Source: Eledone cirrhosa
Taxonomy: Eukaryota
Length of the DNA: 64,000 nucleotides
Direction of reading: 5' to 3'
Assembly (NCBI GenBank): GCA_964016885.1
Contig: OZ024743.1
Span: 152,706,001 to 152,770,000 of the forward strand
Below the pieces are notes generated by a model that saw nothing but the letters and a program-made list of their open reading frames with translations, had not been told where the DNA came from and ran no database searches. The position numbers and the translations under genes were made by a program. Positions 62,424-64,000 of this stretch are shown piece after piece; the stretch's first letter is position 1; the number at the start of each line of letters is the position of its first letter.

Positions 62424-62530
62424 CTTTCTGATGATCTGGTTAGGCTAAGATCGTATTTAAAATTGAGTGGCACAACTTCAAATGTTCAGCAATTTTTAGA
62501 CAACTTAATCAGTGAAACAATTGTTAATAC
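62424..62530 (+). ncRNA. Hammerhead motif with extended stem II (related to 58080-58191)
   Basis: CTGATGA-t-ctggttagg...cttaatcag-t-GAAA-caattg-TT; stem I degraded. Confidence 0.65.
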
Positions 62531-62577
62531 TGTAAATAAAACCTTTTTGTACTGTTAACCATGTTATTCTTCACTCT

Positions 62578-62649
<72 letters not shown>

Positions 62650-63419
62650 ATGCAGTATATATTATAAAGTTACGGTGTCTACCGATTTGACATATACTAA
62701 TATAGTAGTGTATATTGCTTGAAACATACTTAAATTTGGCAGTTTTATAATGATTGTATTAATGATAATGATATACTGTGTGTAAATATATGAGTGATTC
62801 ATTTCAATATCAACAAGACTGACTTAGATATATATTTAGTAATGTGGTAATGCAACTCTAGAAATATGACTAAATGATTTCTGTGCTAATATATTTCTTT
62901 CTCTATATTTCTCACAGGAATAATAAACTAATAGATTACTTGGTTTGTGTTTCCCATAAATATTCTTTTCTACATTTCCTGGACTATTTCAATAATTTAT
63001 GACATGTGACCTTTTATTTTTTTCCTCAAAACTGCTATAGATGTAAATGTTTGTTTCTACCTTCTTAAAATATAACTTTCTCTGTTTGCGTAGACTTTCT
63101 GCTAGGCCTTGTTGCTCATTATCATGATTTAATGTCTGTTTTCTTTGCTAGCAAGCGTTGGATGGGTCATCACAGAGTGAAATAGTACTCAAGCAGAACT
63201 ACTGATTCTCAGATGGACCAAGTGTCTGTATCTTGCTTACATACGCCCCTGCATGCTACAAATCACATTGTTGTTTAACTCTTTTGATATCAACTCATCT
63301 GAAACTATCACTGGTTCTATAATATGGAATGTGTAAAAGTGCTCATATTTATCTAACCGTTCCACCATAAACTTATCTAAAAAAACATTCTGTCAATTTG
63401 TTTTAAACACCAGCTGAAT

Positions 63420-63630
63420 AAGTGTTTCCAATTTAGGCACAAGGCTAAACATTTGTGAAGCAAGGAAAGAAGTTGATAACATTAACACCAGTATGTGCCT
63501 GTATTTTATTGAATTTGGAAGGATGAGAGACAAAGTTGATATCAGCAGAATTTGAACTCAGAAGATAAAGGGCAATAACTAAATGCTGCAAAGAATTTAG
63601 TTCAATACTCTAATGATTCTGTTAATCAAC
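63420..63630 (-). mobile_element. Old SINE copy
   Basis: Diverged match to the first SINE family (aggcacaagg...atttgaactcag). Confidence 0.7.
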
Positions 63631-64000
63631 TGTCCAACACCACTTAATAATGTTAGTTATAGTACTAAAACCATTTAAATTCTTGATTAGTTTCAATATT
63701 ATTTGAAAATCATTTACAGTCTCTTTCATTAGAAACATGGTAACTAAAGAATTAATTGCAAGCCAGCCTTGGTCAAGGAGACCTGTAATCTAAGGTATTC
63801 TAGTCATGACCATCTTGGTTTTTAGAGGCAACTTGGATTATATTATCTAATGAATTATTTCATTATTTTAAATGGCTGCTATTTTGAGCAGGTTGTGTAG
63901 TAAACTTGTTGATTCACTGACCGTATTATTTTTCTTATTGGTATATATTTAAAAATTGACTTTTACACTTTTGTACTATTTCTATTTATTTCGTATATTC

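Noticed and set aside
62900-63400. Unique-looking sequence as a host exon
   Set aside because: Frames examined on both strands are interrupted by stops and no motif was recognised.

Overview
AT-rich, repeat-saturated eukaryotic DNA. The tRNA-derived SINE families and microsatellite style fit an octopus or other coleoid cephalopod best (inference). No host protein-coding gene can be supported; most long ORFs are transposon remnants or microsatellite artefacts. Contents: five R4/Dong-type LINE remnants, a Tx1/L1-type LINE, RTE LINE fragments and many SINEs. There are two nests: R4 > Gypsy A > Gypsy B (with a -1 frameshift pseudoknot), and hAT > Gypsy C > tandem SINE pair. A maT/DD37D transposon, Helitron remnants and a piggyBac fragment are also present. 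The most striking layer is a set of Penelope-like-element (PLE) modules embedded in (TA)n. They carry about ten type I hammerhead ribozyme motifs from several families, fold-back arms that repeatedly break at the same relative position, and a shared covarying RCTC...GAGY tail hairpin. All calls are by eye; boundaries of degraded elements are approximate.
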